Assembly (NCBI GenBank): GCA_022820645.1
Contig: JAJEFD010000002.1
Location: forward strand, 327,796 to 391,795
Reading direction: 5' to 3'
Source: Dehalococcoidia bacterium
Lineage (GTDB): Bacteria; Chloroflexota; Dehalococcoidia; Lucifugimonadales; Australimonadaceae
DNA: 64,000 nucleotides
Part shown: positions 35,380 to 44,884 of the stretch, in pieces
How the letters are laid out: each line of letters begins with the position of its first letter
Position numbering within the stretch: position 1 is the first letter of the stretch
Position numbers and translations under genes: made by a program
The notes under the pieces: generated by a model
The model's database searches: none
What the model was told of the DNA's origin: nothing
Seen by the model: only the letters and a program-made list of their open reading frames with translations

Positions 35380-36615
35380 ATGGACTTCGAACTCGAATGG
35401 ACGCCTGAGCAGGAAGCGTTCCGCGCGGAGGCGCGCGCCTGGATAGAGGCGAACGTCCCCAGCATCCCCGACCACCCCGACCCGGCCAACCTCACCCGCG
35501 AAGAGTACGAACTCCAGCGCGAGTTCGGGCGCAGGCTGGGTGCGAAGGGCTGGCTCTACCCCACGATGCCCGCCGAGTACGGCGGAGGCGGCCTCTCCAT
35601 GGAGCTCGCCATGGCGCTGGAGGAGGAGCTCGACCGCTACAACATGCCGCTCCCGCCCTACTACGACACCGGCGGCAAGCTTGGCGGGATCGCCATCCTC
35701 GTCTGGGGCACTGAGGAGCAGAAGGCCCATTTCCTCCCGATGATCCTGCGCGGCGAGATACGCACCTGGCAACTGCTCACCGAGCCCGAGTCCGGCTCCG
35801 ACCTCGCGAGCGTCCGCACGACCGCCATCCGCGACGGTGACGAGTACGTCGTCAACGGCACCAAGATCTTCGTCGGCAGCAGCCACGGCGCCGAGTACTC
35901 CTGGATGATCGTCGTCACCGACCCGGACGCGCCGCGCCACGAGAACCTCGGCTGGCTGATGATGCCGATGGACCTGCCGGGCATCACCGTCGAGCAGATG
36001 GACCTGCTCTTCGTCGGCGGGGAACGCGGGGCCGCGAGCGGCATCAAGAACACCGTCTACTTCGACAACGTCCGCGTCCCGGCGTTCAACCTCGTCGGCG
36101 GCGAGGGCAACGGCTGGAAGGTCGCGGGGACGCACCTCGAGATCGAACACGGCCTGCTCCGCAGCGCCGTCCGCGACGACCCGCTCACCGAGCGCGTGTT
36201 CGACTACGCCCGCAACGCGAAGCGCGGCGGCAGGCCGCTCCTCGAGGACCAGGACGTACGCGACCGCCTCGTCGACTTCTACATCGACGCTGAGGTGACG
36301 CGCCTGCTGCACTTCCGCAACTACGCCTGGCGCGGCCAGGGGAAGCAGCTCACCTACGAGGGCGCGCAGGCGTACCTCTACCAGAAGCGCGGCCAGCTCT
36401 CCAAGGCGCGCGCCGTGCTCGATGTGATGGGCCCACAGGCGCTCGTCGAGGCGCCCGACGAGTGGGCCGTCGCCGACGGCCACGTCGAGGTCCACCAGCG
36501 CGGCGCCATCGTGGACCAGCACCCCGGCGGCACAGCCGAGATCCAGCGCGTCATCATCGCGCGGCGGCTCGGCATCGGGCGCGACGTGCGGGAAGAGCCG
36601 GGGAGGCTCCGCTAG
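35380..36615 (+). CDS. Acyl-CoA dehydrogenase family protein
   Basis: ACAD three-domain layout (LTEPESGSDLAS, VNGTKIFVG, GGTAEIQRVIIARRLG). Confidence 0.85.
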   Translation: MDFELEWTPEQEAFRAEARAWIEANVPSIPDHPDPANLTREEYELQREFGRRLGAKGWLYPTMPAEYGGGGLSMELAMALEEELDRYNMPLPPYYDTGGKLGGIAILVWGTEEQKAHFLPMILRGEIRTWQLLTEPESGSDLASVRTTAIRDGDEYVVNGTKIFVGSSHGAEYSWMIVVTDPDAPRHENLGWLMMPMDLPGITVEQMDLLFVGGERGAASGIKNTVYFDNVRVPAFNLVGGEGNGWKVAGTHLEIEHGLLRSAVRDDPLTERVFDYARNAKRGGRPLLEDQDVRDRLVDFYIDAEVTRLLHFRNYAWRGQGKQLTYEGAQAYLYQKRGQLSKARAVLDVMGPQALVEAPDEWAVADGHVEVHQRGAIVDQHPGGTAEIQRVIIARRLGIGRDVREEPGRLR

Positions 36616-36617
36616 CG

Positions 36618-37745
36618 ATGGACCTGCTCCTGAACGAACAGCAGCGCATGCTGCAGTCCACCATCCAGGACCTGCTGCGCCGCGACTTCAGCAAGGAGAT
36701 GCTCGTCGCCATCGACGCCGGAACCGTGGACGTGGCGCAGGGATGGCCCGCGCTCGCGTCGACCGGCCTGCTCGGCAGCCTCGTACCGGAGGAGCACGGC
36801 GGCGTTGGCGGCTCGTTCAGCGACGCGGGCGTCCTGTTCGAGGAGCTCGGCAGGGGTCCGGTGCCCGGCGCGCACTTCTCGTCCGGCGTCTTCGCGGCGC
36901 TCGTCCTCCAGGAATGCGGCAGCGCCGACCAACAGTCCGCGCATCTGCCCGCCATCGCGAGCGGCGACGCGGTCTTCGCCGTCGCCGTCACCGAACCCGA
37001 GTACGGCTGGGAGCGGGGCGACGTGCAGGCGACCGCCGAGCGAACCCCTGACGGCTACACGCTCAGCGGCGTGAAGCTTCACGTGCCAGATGCCCTGGAG
37101 GCGACCCACTTCCTGGTGGCGGCCCGTACCGGAGGCGAGAGCGTCGGCCTCTTCATCGTCCCTTCGGACGCGCCCGGCGTCGCGTGCAGGACGCTGCCCG
37201 GGCTCTCGACCGGCCTCGGCGAGGTGCTACTGGACGGCGTCGCTATAGGTGAGGACGCGTTGCTCGGCGGCGCGTCGGACGGCTGGGACGCCTTCGAGCG
37301 CGCGATGCTCAGGGCGACCGCCGTGCTCTCCGCGTACCAGGTCGGCGGGCTGGAGAGCGTCTTCCAGATGTGCCTGGAGTACAGCCGGACGCGCCGCCAG
37401 TTCCAGCAGCCCATCGGGCGCTTCCAGCGCGTGCAGGACCACATCATCGACATCGTGAACCACCTCGACGCCGCGCGCTGGACGACCTACGAGGCGCTCT
37501 GGAAGCTCGACACGGGACGGCCCGCGGAGAGCGGGGTGCACATGGCAGCCGCGCTCGCGAGCGAGGGCTACTACCTCGCCTGCAACGCCGCGCACGACGT
37601 GCACGCGGGCGTCGGCATCGTCCGCGAATACGGCCTCACCCTGCACACCCGCATGTCCCGCACCCTCTACCATCACCTCGGCAGCCCCCGCTACCACCGC
37701 CGCAGGCTCGCCGGGGCGCTCGGCCTCCAGCCGGGCCTGTCCTGA
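36618..37745 (+). CDS. Acyl-CoA dehydrogenase family protein (second, divergent subunit)
   Basis: Starts 2 nt after the previous stop. VTEPEYGWERGDV, YSRTRRQFQQPIGRFQRVQ. Confidence 0.8.
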   Translation: MDLLLNEQQRMLQSTIQDLLRRDFSKEMLVAIDAGTVDVAQGWPALASTGLLGSLVPEEHGGVGGSFSDAGVLFEELGRGPVPGAHFSSGVFAALVLQECGSADQQSAHLPAIASGDAVFAVAVTEPEYGWERGDVQATAERTPDGYTLSGVKLHVPDALEATHFLVAARTGGESVGLFIVPSDAPGVACRTLPGLSTGLGEVLLDGVAIGEDALLGGASDGWDAFERAMLRATAVLSAYQVGGLESVFQMCLEYSRTRRQFQQPIGRFQRVQDHIIDIVNHLDAARWTTYEALWKLDTGRPAESGVHMAAALASEGYYLACNAAHDVHAGVGIVREYGLTLHTRMSRTLYHHLGSPRYHRRRLAGALGLQPGLS

Positions 37746-37747
37746 CG

Positions 37748-38974
37748 ATGCTTTCACCGTACCGGGTCATAGACCTCGCCGACGACCGGGGGATCTTCTG
37801 CGGGCGCGTCCTCGCCGACCTCGGAGCGGAAGTGATTAAGGTCGAGCCCACCACCGGCGACCCCGCCCGCCGCATCGGCCCCTTCTACCGCGACGAGCCC
37901 GGTGTCGAGAACAGCCTCTTCTGGCAGCTCTATGCCGCGAACAAGAAGAGCGCCGCGCTCGACATCGCGTCGGACGCCGCGCGCGAGGCGCTGCGACGGC
38001 TCATCGCCTCCGCCGATTTCCTCGTCGAGTCGTTCCGTCCCGGCTACCTCGACAGCCTGGGCCTCGGCTACGACGACGTCCACGCGCTCAACCCCGCGCT
38101 CGTCTACGTCTCGATCACGCCGTTCGGACAGGACGGCCCGTACCGCGACTTCGCCGCGACCGACCTCACAGGCTCCGCGCTCAGCGGCTTCGCCTACCTC
38201 ACCGGCGACCCCGACCGCCCGCCGCTGCGCGTGAGCGTGCCGCAGTTCTGGACGCTGGGCGGCGCGGCGGGGGCGGCCGGCGCGATGACGGCGTACGCGC
38301 ACCGCGTCAAGACCGGTCGCGGCCAGCGCGTCGACGTCTCCTGCCAGCAGGCGCTCACGCGAACGCTCTCCCACGCGCCGCAGTTCTGGGACATGAACGA
38401 GATCATCCTCAAGCGCTCCGGCCCCTTCCGCCCCATCGGCGACGGGCGCAACCTGCGCGTGAACTTCGAGTGCGCCGACGGCTACGTCAACTACATCCAG
38501 CCCGGCGGCGCGACCGGCGGACGCGGCATGGCCGCCCTCTGCACGTGGATGGAAGAGCACGGCGAGGGCCACCCGCTGCTGAGCGGCACCGACTTCGGCA
38601 CGTACGGCTTCGGCCAGCTACCCGACGACGTGCTCGACGCGATGAGCGAAACGCTGGAGGCGTTCTTCCGCTCCCGCACGAAGCACTACCTCTCCGAAGA
38701 GGCGATCAAGCGGCGCGTCCTCCTCTTCCCCGTCAACGACCCCGCCGACGTCTGCTCCTACCCCCAGCTCGCGGCGCGCGGTTTCTTCCGGGAGACCGAG
38801 GCGCCGGACGGCGGCTCGATGACGACGCTCGGCCCCTGGGTGAAGTCGAGCGAGCGCCCCCTCCAGCTCCGCCGCGCGCCCAAGCTCGGCGAGCACACGG
38901 AGGAGGTGCTGACCGGCCTCGGCTTATCGCCGGATGACATAGCGGGCCTGCGTGCATCGGGAGCGGCGCGATGA
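37748..38974 (+). CDS. Family III CoA-transferase (CaiB/BaiF type)
   Basis: YRVIDLADDRGIFCGRVLADLGAEVIKVEP N-terminus and LVESFRPGYLDSLGL. Confidence 0.85.
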   Translation: MLSPYRVIDLADDRGIFCGRVLADLGAEVIKVEPTTGDPARRIGPFYRDEPGVENSLFWQLYAANKKSAALDIASDAAREALRRLIASADFLVESFRPGYLDSLGLGYDDVHALNPALVYVSITPFGQDGPYRDFAATDLTGSALSGFAYLTGDPDRPPLRVSVPQFWTLGGAAGAAGAMTAYAHRVKTGRGQRVDVSCQQALTRTLSHAPQFWDMNEIILKRSGPFRPIGDGRNLRVNFECADGYVNYIQPGGATGGRGMAALCTWMEEHGEGHPLLSGTDFGTYGFGQLPDDVLDAMSETLEAFFRSRTKHYLSEEAIKRRVLLFPVNDPADVCSYPQLAARGFFRETEAPDGGSMTTLGPWVKSSERPLQLRRAPKLGEHTEEVLTGLGLSPDDIAGLRASGAAR

Positions 38975-40194
38975 CCCAACCGTTCGCCCAACCGTTCGAG
39001 GGCCTGCGCGTCCTCGACTTCTGCTGGGTCGTCATCGGACCCATGACGACGCGCTACTTCAGCGACTTCGGCGCGGAGGTGCTGCGCGTCGAGTCGTCGC
39101 TGCGGCCGGACGTCATCCGCCACGGCCTGCCGTTCGCGGAGGGCAAGCCCGGGACGAACCGCAGCGGCTACTGGGCCAACTACAACAGCGGCAAGCTCGG
39201 GCTCAGCCTCAACATGGGCGACGAGCGCGCGCGGTACCTCGCGTTCCGTCTCGCGACCGAGTGGGCGGACGTCGTCACCGAGAACTTCACACCCGGCACG
39301 ATGGAGAAGTGGGGGCTCGGCTACGACGCGCTGTGGGAGCACAATCCCGGCCTCGTCATGTTCAGCGCCTCCATGCTCGGGCGCGGCGGCCCGTACGACT
39401 CCCAACCCGGCTTCGGCCCCGTCCTCACCGCGCTCTCCGGCCACACCAACTTCACCGGCTGGCCGGACCGCGTGCCCGTCAGTCCCTACGGCGCGTACAC
39501 GGACTTCCTCATCCCCCACATAGCGTTCACCGCCGTCTGCGCCGCGCTGGACCACAAGCGCCGGACCGGCCAGGGGCAGTACCTCGACCTCTCGCAGTTG
39601 GAAGCCGCGCTCTACTTCGCGGGGCCGCCCGTGCTCGACTACCTCGCCAACGGGCGCATCCAGACGCGCAACGGCAACCACGACCCCGACATGGCCCCGC
39701 ACGCGGTCTACCGCTGTGACGGCAACGACCGCTGGTGCGCCATCGCCTGCCTCACCGACGCCGAATGGCGCGCGCTTGCACAGACGATAGGCCGCCCCGA
39801 CCTCGCGGACGACCCCGGCCTCGCCGCGCTCGACGGGCGCAAGCGGCGCGAGTCCGAGCTCGACGCCGCCATCGAGGCGTGGACGATCACCCGCTCGCCG
39901 GACGAGGTCATGCAGGCCTGCCAGGCCGCAGGCGTCCCCGCCGGCGCGGTGCGCGACTGCCGCGACCTCTTCGACGACCCCCAGGAAGCGCATCGCGGTC
40001 ACTTCGTGTTCATGGACCACCCGGAGATGGGGCGCTACGCCTCGGACGCCAACTGCTTCCTGCTCTCGGACGCCACGCCGGAGTACCGCCGCGCTCCCCT
40101 GCTCGGCGAGCACACGGAGTACGTCATGCGCGAACTGCTCGGCATGCCCGAGAGCGAGTTCCGCGCACTGTCGGACGACGGGGTGTTCCAGTAG
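38971..40194 (+). CDS. Family III CoA-transferase (second paralogue)
   Basis: ATGA overlap. GLRVLDFCWVVIGPMTTRYFSDFGAEVLRVES and VTENFTPGTMEKWGL. Confidence 0.85.
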   Translation: MTQPFAQPFEGLRVLDFCWVVIGPMTTRYFSDFGAEVLRVESSLRPDVIRHGLPFAEGKPGTNRSGYWANYNSGKLGLSLNMGDERARYLAFRLATEWADVVTENFTPGTMEKWGLGYDALWEHNPGLVMFSASMLGRGGPYDSQPGFGPVLTALSGHTNFTGWPDRVPVSPYGAYTDFLIPHIAFTAVCAALDHKRRTGQGQYLDLSQLEAALYFAGPPVLDYLANGRIQTRNGNHDPDMAPHAVYRCDGNDRWCAIACLTDAEWRALAQTIGRPDLADDPGLAALDGRKRRESELDAAIEAWTITRSPDEVMQACQAAGVPAGAVRDCRDLFDDPQEAHRGHFVFMDHPEMGRYASDANCFLLSDATPEYRRAPLLGEHTEYVMRELLGMPESEFRALSDDGVFQ

Positions 40195-40213
40195 GACGCT
40201 CGCAAACAATGAG

Positions 40214-40798
40214 GTGCTGGCGGAGGCAGCGGTATTGAGCAAAGAGACCTTCAGCGAAGCGGTAGCGTTCTTCCTCGATACGGCGTCCCGTATCCCTGAC
40301 GACGCATGGACGAACGAGGCGCTCGGCGTCTGGAACGTCCGCGACCTCGTCGGGCACACGAGCCGCGCCATCCTGCTCGTCGAGGAGTACGCCACAGAGG
40401 GAACGGTGCGAAGCGGCTTCGGCACGCCCGATGAGATCGCGGAGCGCGGACGGCAGGCGGGGCGAGCGCTCGGCGACGACCCGGTGAGTGCGCTCCGCAC
40501 ACTCGCCGACCGGGTACTCGCCCTCGTGGAACGCCTCCCGGACGACCACCCAATGCACACGCCGGGCGGCGTACGTCCCCTGTCCCGGTACCTCCCCAGC
40601 CGCGTCGCCGAGCTGACGATACATACCGTCGACCTCGCCAAGGCATTGGGCATCGAAACCGAGCCGCCGCGCGAGTGCGTCCGGGCCACGCTGTACGTCC
40701 TCGCCGATTACGCCGTCCGCGAGGGCACAGGCACAGAGGTGGCTTTCGCCCTGACCGGTCGCGCGCCGCTGCCTCCGGGGTTCAGCGTCGTTCCATAG
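40214..40798 (+). CDS. DinB-like / mycothiol-dependent maleylpyruvate isomerase N-terminal-domain family protein
   Basis: WNVRDLVGHTSRAILLVEEY and the overall helical layout. Start uncertain (GTG at 40214 or TTG at 40235). Confidence 0.5.
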   Translation: MLAEAAVLSKETFSEAVAFFLDTASRIPDDAWTNEALGVWNVRDLVGHTSRAILLVEEYATEGTVRSGFGTPDEIAERGRQAGRALGDDPVSALRTLADRVLALVERLPDDHPMHTPGGVRPLSRYLPSRVAELTIHTVDLAKALGIETEPPRECVRATLYVLADYAVREGTGTEVAFALTGRAPLPPGFSVVP

Positions 40799-40873
40799 GT
40801 CCGCACGTCACCGCATCGAGTCCGCTCCGTGATAGGCTTGCGAGTGACACCCCGGCGACGCAGGAGGACGTGG

Positions 40874-41695
40874 ATGGCGGACAAGCCGCTGGAAGGCAAG
40901 GTCGCGCTCGTAACCGGCGCGGGAAGCTCCATGGGCATGGGGCGCGAGATGGCGCTTGCGCTGGCGGGAGCCGGAGCGCGCGTCGCCCTGATGGACATCG
41001 ACGCCGACCAACTGGAGCGCAACGTCAACGACGCGCGGGAAATCGGCGGCGACGGCTGCGCGCTCCCCGTCGTCGGCAGCGTCAACAGCTGGGACGACGC
41101 CCAGCGCGCCGTGAGCGAGACCATCGCGGGCCTCGGTGGGCTGCATATCGTCATCAACAACGCGGGCGTGCCCAGCCGCCGCCCCGGCGGATTCTGGGAT
41201 CTGCCGCCGGAGGAGTGGGTGCACGCGCTCAGCGTCAACACCAACGGGCCGTTCCTCATGGCGCGCGCCGCCATCGGCCACCTGCGCGAGCAGGGCTGGG
41301 GACGCATCGTTGGCGTCACCACGAGCCTCGACACCATGATCCGCAACCTCCCCTACGGCCCTTCGAAGTCCGCGCACGAGTCGTTCATCGCCATCATCGC
41401 CAAGCAGCTCGACGGCTCCGGCGTCACCGCGAACGTCCTCATCCCCGGCGGGGCGACGAACACCAACTTCATCTCGGACGCCGACGTACGCGACCGCGAC
41501 GCCCTCATCCAGCCCGTCGTGATGCGCGCGCCCATCGTCTGGCTCGCGTCCGACGAGGCCGACGGCACCACCGGGCGACGCATCATTGCGTCGAAGTGGG
41601 ACGAGAGCCTGCCCATTGAACAGCGCCTGGAGGCCGCCGCGGCGCCTGCCGCGTGGCCCCAGCTCGGACGCCCCGCCGCCGAACAGGGGCCGTAG
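40874..41695 (+). CDS. Short-chain dehydrogenase/reductase
   Basis: AGGAGGA RBS. GKVALVTGAGSSMGMG, NNAG, YGPSKSA. Confidence 0.85.
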   Translation: MADKPLEGKVALVTGAGSSMGMGREMALALAGAGARVALMDIDADQLERNVNDAREIGGDGCALPVVGSVNSWDDAQRAVSETIAGLGGLHIVINNAGVPSRRPGGFWDLPPEEWVHALSVNTNGPFLMARAAIGHLREQGWGRIVGVTTSLDTMIRNLPYGPSKSAHESFIAIIAKQLDGSGVTANVLIPGGATNTNFISDADVRDRDALIQPVVMRAPIVWLASDEADGTTGRRIIASKWDESLPIEQRLEAAAAPAAWPQLGRPAAEQGP

Positions 41696-41708
41696 TAAGG
41701 AGCACACG

Positions 41709-43079
41709 ATGACCACTAACCCGCACGACGAACTGCAGGAAGCAGCCCTCAACCACCTCTGGATGCCGACCCAGGACTGGAGCGAACTCGCCGAGAACGG
41801 CGTCACGTTCATGGACGAGGGTGACGGCGTCCGCATCAGGGACGGCAATGGCAGGTGGGGCTACGACGGCATCGCCGGGCTGATGCTCGTGAACGTCGGC
41901 CACGGACGGCAGGAGATCGTTGACGCCGTCGCCGCGCAACTGGGCAAGCTGCACTACGCCAACACGTTCAAGTACGGCTCGGAGCCGGTGGTGCGCTTCG
42001 CCGCCAAGGTCGCCTCGCACACGCCGGGCGACCTCAACCGCACCTACTTCACGAGCGGCGGCTCCGAGGCGGTCGAGACCGCCCTGAAGATCGCCTACCG
42101 CTACCACTACAACCGCGGCGAGCCCGGCAGGCGCAAGTTCATCGGGCGCGAGGGCTCCTACCACGGCACGACGCGCGGCGCGCTCAGCGTCTCCACCTCC
42201 GCCGTCCTCGACCGCCCCAGCTACGGCGAGATCCTGCCGGACAACTTCCGCACCGCCCCGCAGCCCGCCTACTACCGCCGTGAGGACGAATCGCTCTCGC
42301 CGTCCGAGTTCAGCATCAAGTGCGCGCAGGCCGTCGAGGACATCATCGTCGAGGAAGGGCCGGAGACCGTTGCCGCCGTCATCGCGGAGCCCGTCTCCTT
42401 CTCCGCCGGGGTCGCCATCCCCGCCCCCGAGTACTGGCCGATGCTCCGCGACATCTGCGACCGCCACGGCGTGCTGCTCATCGCGGACGAGGTCATCACC
42501 GGCTGGGGCCGCACCGGCAGGTGGTTCGGCGTCGAACACTGGAACGTCGTGCCGGACATGATGACGATGGCGAAGGGCATCACCAGCGGCTACTTCCCCG
42601 TCGGTGCGTGCGTCGTGCGCGACGCCGTGTTCGAGGAGTTCCAGGGCGGGCCGGAGACGACGTACCGCCACGGCATCACCTACGGCGGACACCCCGCCGG
42701 CGGCGCGGCGGGCCTCGTGAACGTCGACATCATGGAGCGCGAGGACCTCATCGGGAACTCGGAGCGGATGGGCAAGCGCCTCCTCGAACGGCTCGAAGCG
42801 CTCCGCGACCGCCCCACCGTCGGCGACGTGCGCGGCCTCGGCCTCATGTGCGCCATCGACCTCGTCTCCGACAAGGAGGCGAAGACGCCCCTCGCCGAAA
42901 CGCCCGGCGCGGTCGAAGGCCTCAACCAGCGTCTGCTGGACGGCGGACTCTACACCCGTGCGACGCGCCAGGTCTTCTTCGCGCCGCCGCTCTGCGTCAC
43001 CGCGGAGGAGATCGACGACATTGCCGACATCTTCGAGCGCTCCCTCACCGCCACGGAGAAGGAGCTCGGCCTGGCGTGA
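41709..43079 (+). CDS. Class III (omega-type) PLP aminotransferase
   Basis: TAAGGAG RBS. FTSGGSEAVE, LIADEVITGWGRTG, MTMAKGITSGY (PLP Lys). Confidence 0.85.
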   Translation: MTTNPHDELQEAALNHLWMPTQDWSELAENGVTFMDEGDGVRIRDGNGRWGYDGIAGLMLVNVGHGRQEIVDAVAAQLGKLHYANTFKYGSEPVVRFAAKVASHTPGDLNRTYFTSGGSEAVETALKIAYRYHYNRGEPGRRKFIGREGSYHGTTRGALSVSTSAVLDRPSYGEILPDNFRTAPQPAYYRREDESLSPSEFSIKCAQAVEDIIVEEGPETVAAVIAEPVSFSAGVAIPAPEYWPMLRDICDRHGVLLIADEVITGWGRTGRWFGVEHWNVVPDMMTMAKGITSGYFPVGACVVRDAVFEEFQGGPETTYRHGITYGGHPAGGAAGLVNVDIMEREDLIGNSERMGKRLLERLEALRDRPTVGDVRGLGLMCAIDLVSDKEAKTPLAETPGAVEGLNQRLLDGGLYTRATRQVFFAPPLCVTAEEIDDIADIFERSLTATEKELGLA

Positions 43080-44884
43080 ACCGCCCGCGCCCCCTCGCGC
43101 GTGGAGCCCCTGCGCTGACCGCGTTCGCCGGCGCCATCGTCATGGTGGCGCTGCTGGTTGCCTGCGATTCAACACCGACGCCCACTTCCACCGCCACGCT
43201 CGCGCCGTCTCCCACGCCAAACGCTACGCTCGCCCCTGTCCCGGCCACGGCGACTCCCATACCGCACGAACCCGCCCCCGCCTTCCTGCTCGACGCACTG
43301 TTGACGGTGTTCGGCTACCGGCAGGACGGCACGGCAGAAGTCGAGCTGTCGGTCGAGCTCCGCAACGACGGCGACGCTCCTGCGCGGGACGCCCCCACCG
43401 TCACGGTGGAATGCACGCTGAACGGCGGACCGGTGAGCGGCTGCGGCGGTCCGCTGGACGGCCTCGTCCTGCCGGACGGCGTCGGCCGCGAAGAGGCAGC
43501 CCTGCGTCTCCGCGTGCCGATGGGCACCGAACTGCGCGCCGTGCTCGACGACAGCACGGTTTCGAACACCGTCGTGGTGCCCGAGCGCATCGTCGGCGTC
43601 GAGCGGGACACCTGGGAGTGCTTCAGCGACAGGCCACGACGCGACGCGGCCTACGAGAACGACTTCCTCGGCGGGTGCGCCGGATGGACGTCCGGGACGG
43701 TGCTGAAGTGGCCCCCGGACGAGCCCGTGCGCGTGTGGACCGACCCCTCCGGCGACGCGCGCTACGTGCGCATCCTCGAAGAGGTGCTGAACGAACTCGC
43801 CCCCCTGTTGGACCTCGACGTCGAGTGGGTGCGGACGGAAGCCGATGCGACGCTCAGGGCGTACGTCGGCGTGCCGTCCACGCGGGCCGCGAGCCTCGGC
43901 CTCGACGCCTTCTGCCAGGACACGGTCGGCTGCGGAGGGGCCGAGTCCTACGAAAACGGCGCCATCACGAGCGCATCCATGAGCGTCTGGTTGAACGACC
44001 CGCAGGAAGCCCCGCTGACTGAAAACGAGATCGTCCACGCGACCCTCCACGAGGCGCTGCACGCGCTCGCCGCGATGCACCACCGCCCCGCCGTACGCAG
44101 CGTGATGTCAGTCAATGCCGCGCTCCGTCTGCCCATGCTCAGCGACTCGGACATGGCCCTGCTGCGCCTGCACGCGCACCCACTCGTCCTTCCTGGCATG
44201 ACGATGCCCGAGGTCCAACGGCTCATCGTGTTCGCCGACGAACTGCTCGACCCTCCCCCTGCCGCTCAGGACGACGGCATCCGGCTCGCGGAACGCGCCT
44301 ACGCCGCGCTGTTGGAGGCAGGCTCGGCGCGATTCGACGTCCGCGGTGGCTGGCCCGACCGCGGCTGCGAGCGCGAGTTCTCGGGCAGCCATGCGGTCGG
44401 CCGGTTCGTTCGCGGTTACCCCACCCTCGTCCGCTTCGACGGTCGTTCGGGCGGCTTCATCCTGACCTACGCGCAGCCGTCCGGCTGGACGGGATGGAGC
44501 GAGACTGGCAGCGGGTGGAAGAAGGACAACCTGGAACGGGTCTACGAGGCGACACCCTGGCGCCTCGCGTTCATCGACCTCGTGGAGATGCTCCTTAACG
44601 TCATCACCCACGCCGGCCCCGGCGACATACGCGTCACCCGTCCCTCGCAGCGAAACATCGTCCTCGATGGGACGCTCGGTAACGTCCCTCCCCCGCCGTG
44701 GGCGCACAGCGCGACGCTCCGCGTCGGCATCACCCTCGACGCGGAGACGCACCGCATCCCGGCCTACGACATGCACTGGGACTTCGACGCCCCCGAGAGC
44801 AGCATCTGCACACGCTACGAGGTGCGCGCCTCGAACGGCGACTACGACGTGCCGGTGGAACTGCCCGCCGCGTTATCCCCCTAA
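43076..44884 (+). CDS. Lipoprotein with metzincin-like zinc-binding motif (putative secreted metalloprotease)
   Basis: GTG overlaps the transaminase stop. Lipobox LLVAC and a Thr/Pro linker. HEALHALAAMH has HExxHxxxxxH spacing, followed by SVMS. Confidence 0.55.
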   Translation: MNRPRPLARGAPALTAFAGAIVMVALLVACDSTPTPTSTATLAPSPTPNATLAPVPATATPIPHEPAPAFLLDALLTVFGYRQDGTAEVELSVELRNDGDAPARDAPTVTVECTLNGGPVSGCGGPLDGLVLPDGVGREEAALRLRVPMGTELRAVLDDSTVSNTVVVPERIVGVERDTWECFSDRPRRDAAYENDFLGGCAGWTSGTVLKWPPDEPVRVWTDPSGDARYVRILEEVLNELAPLLDLDVEWVRTEADATLRAYVGVPSTRAASLGLDAFCQDTVGCGGAESYENGAITSASMSVWLNDPQEAPLTENEIVHATLHEALHALAAMHHRPAVRSVMSVNAALRLPMLSDSDMALLRLHAHPLVLPGMTMPEVQRLIVFADELLDPPPAAQDDGIRLAERAYAALLEAGSARFDVRGGWPDRGCEREFSGSHAVGRFVRGYPTLVRFDGRSGGFILTYAQPSGWTGWSETGSGWKKDNLERVYEATPWRLAFIDLVEMLLNVITHAGPGDIRVTRPSQRNIVLDGTLGNVPPPPWAHSATLRVGITLDAETHRIPAYDMHWDFDAPESSICTRYEVRASNGDYDVPVELPAALSP

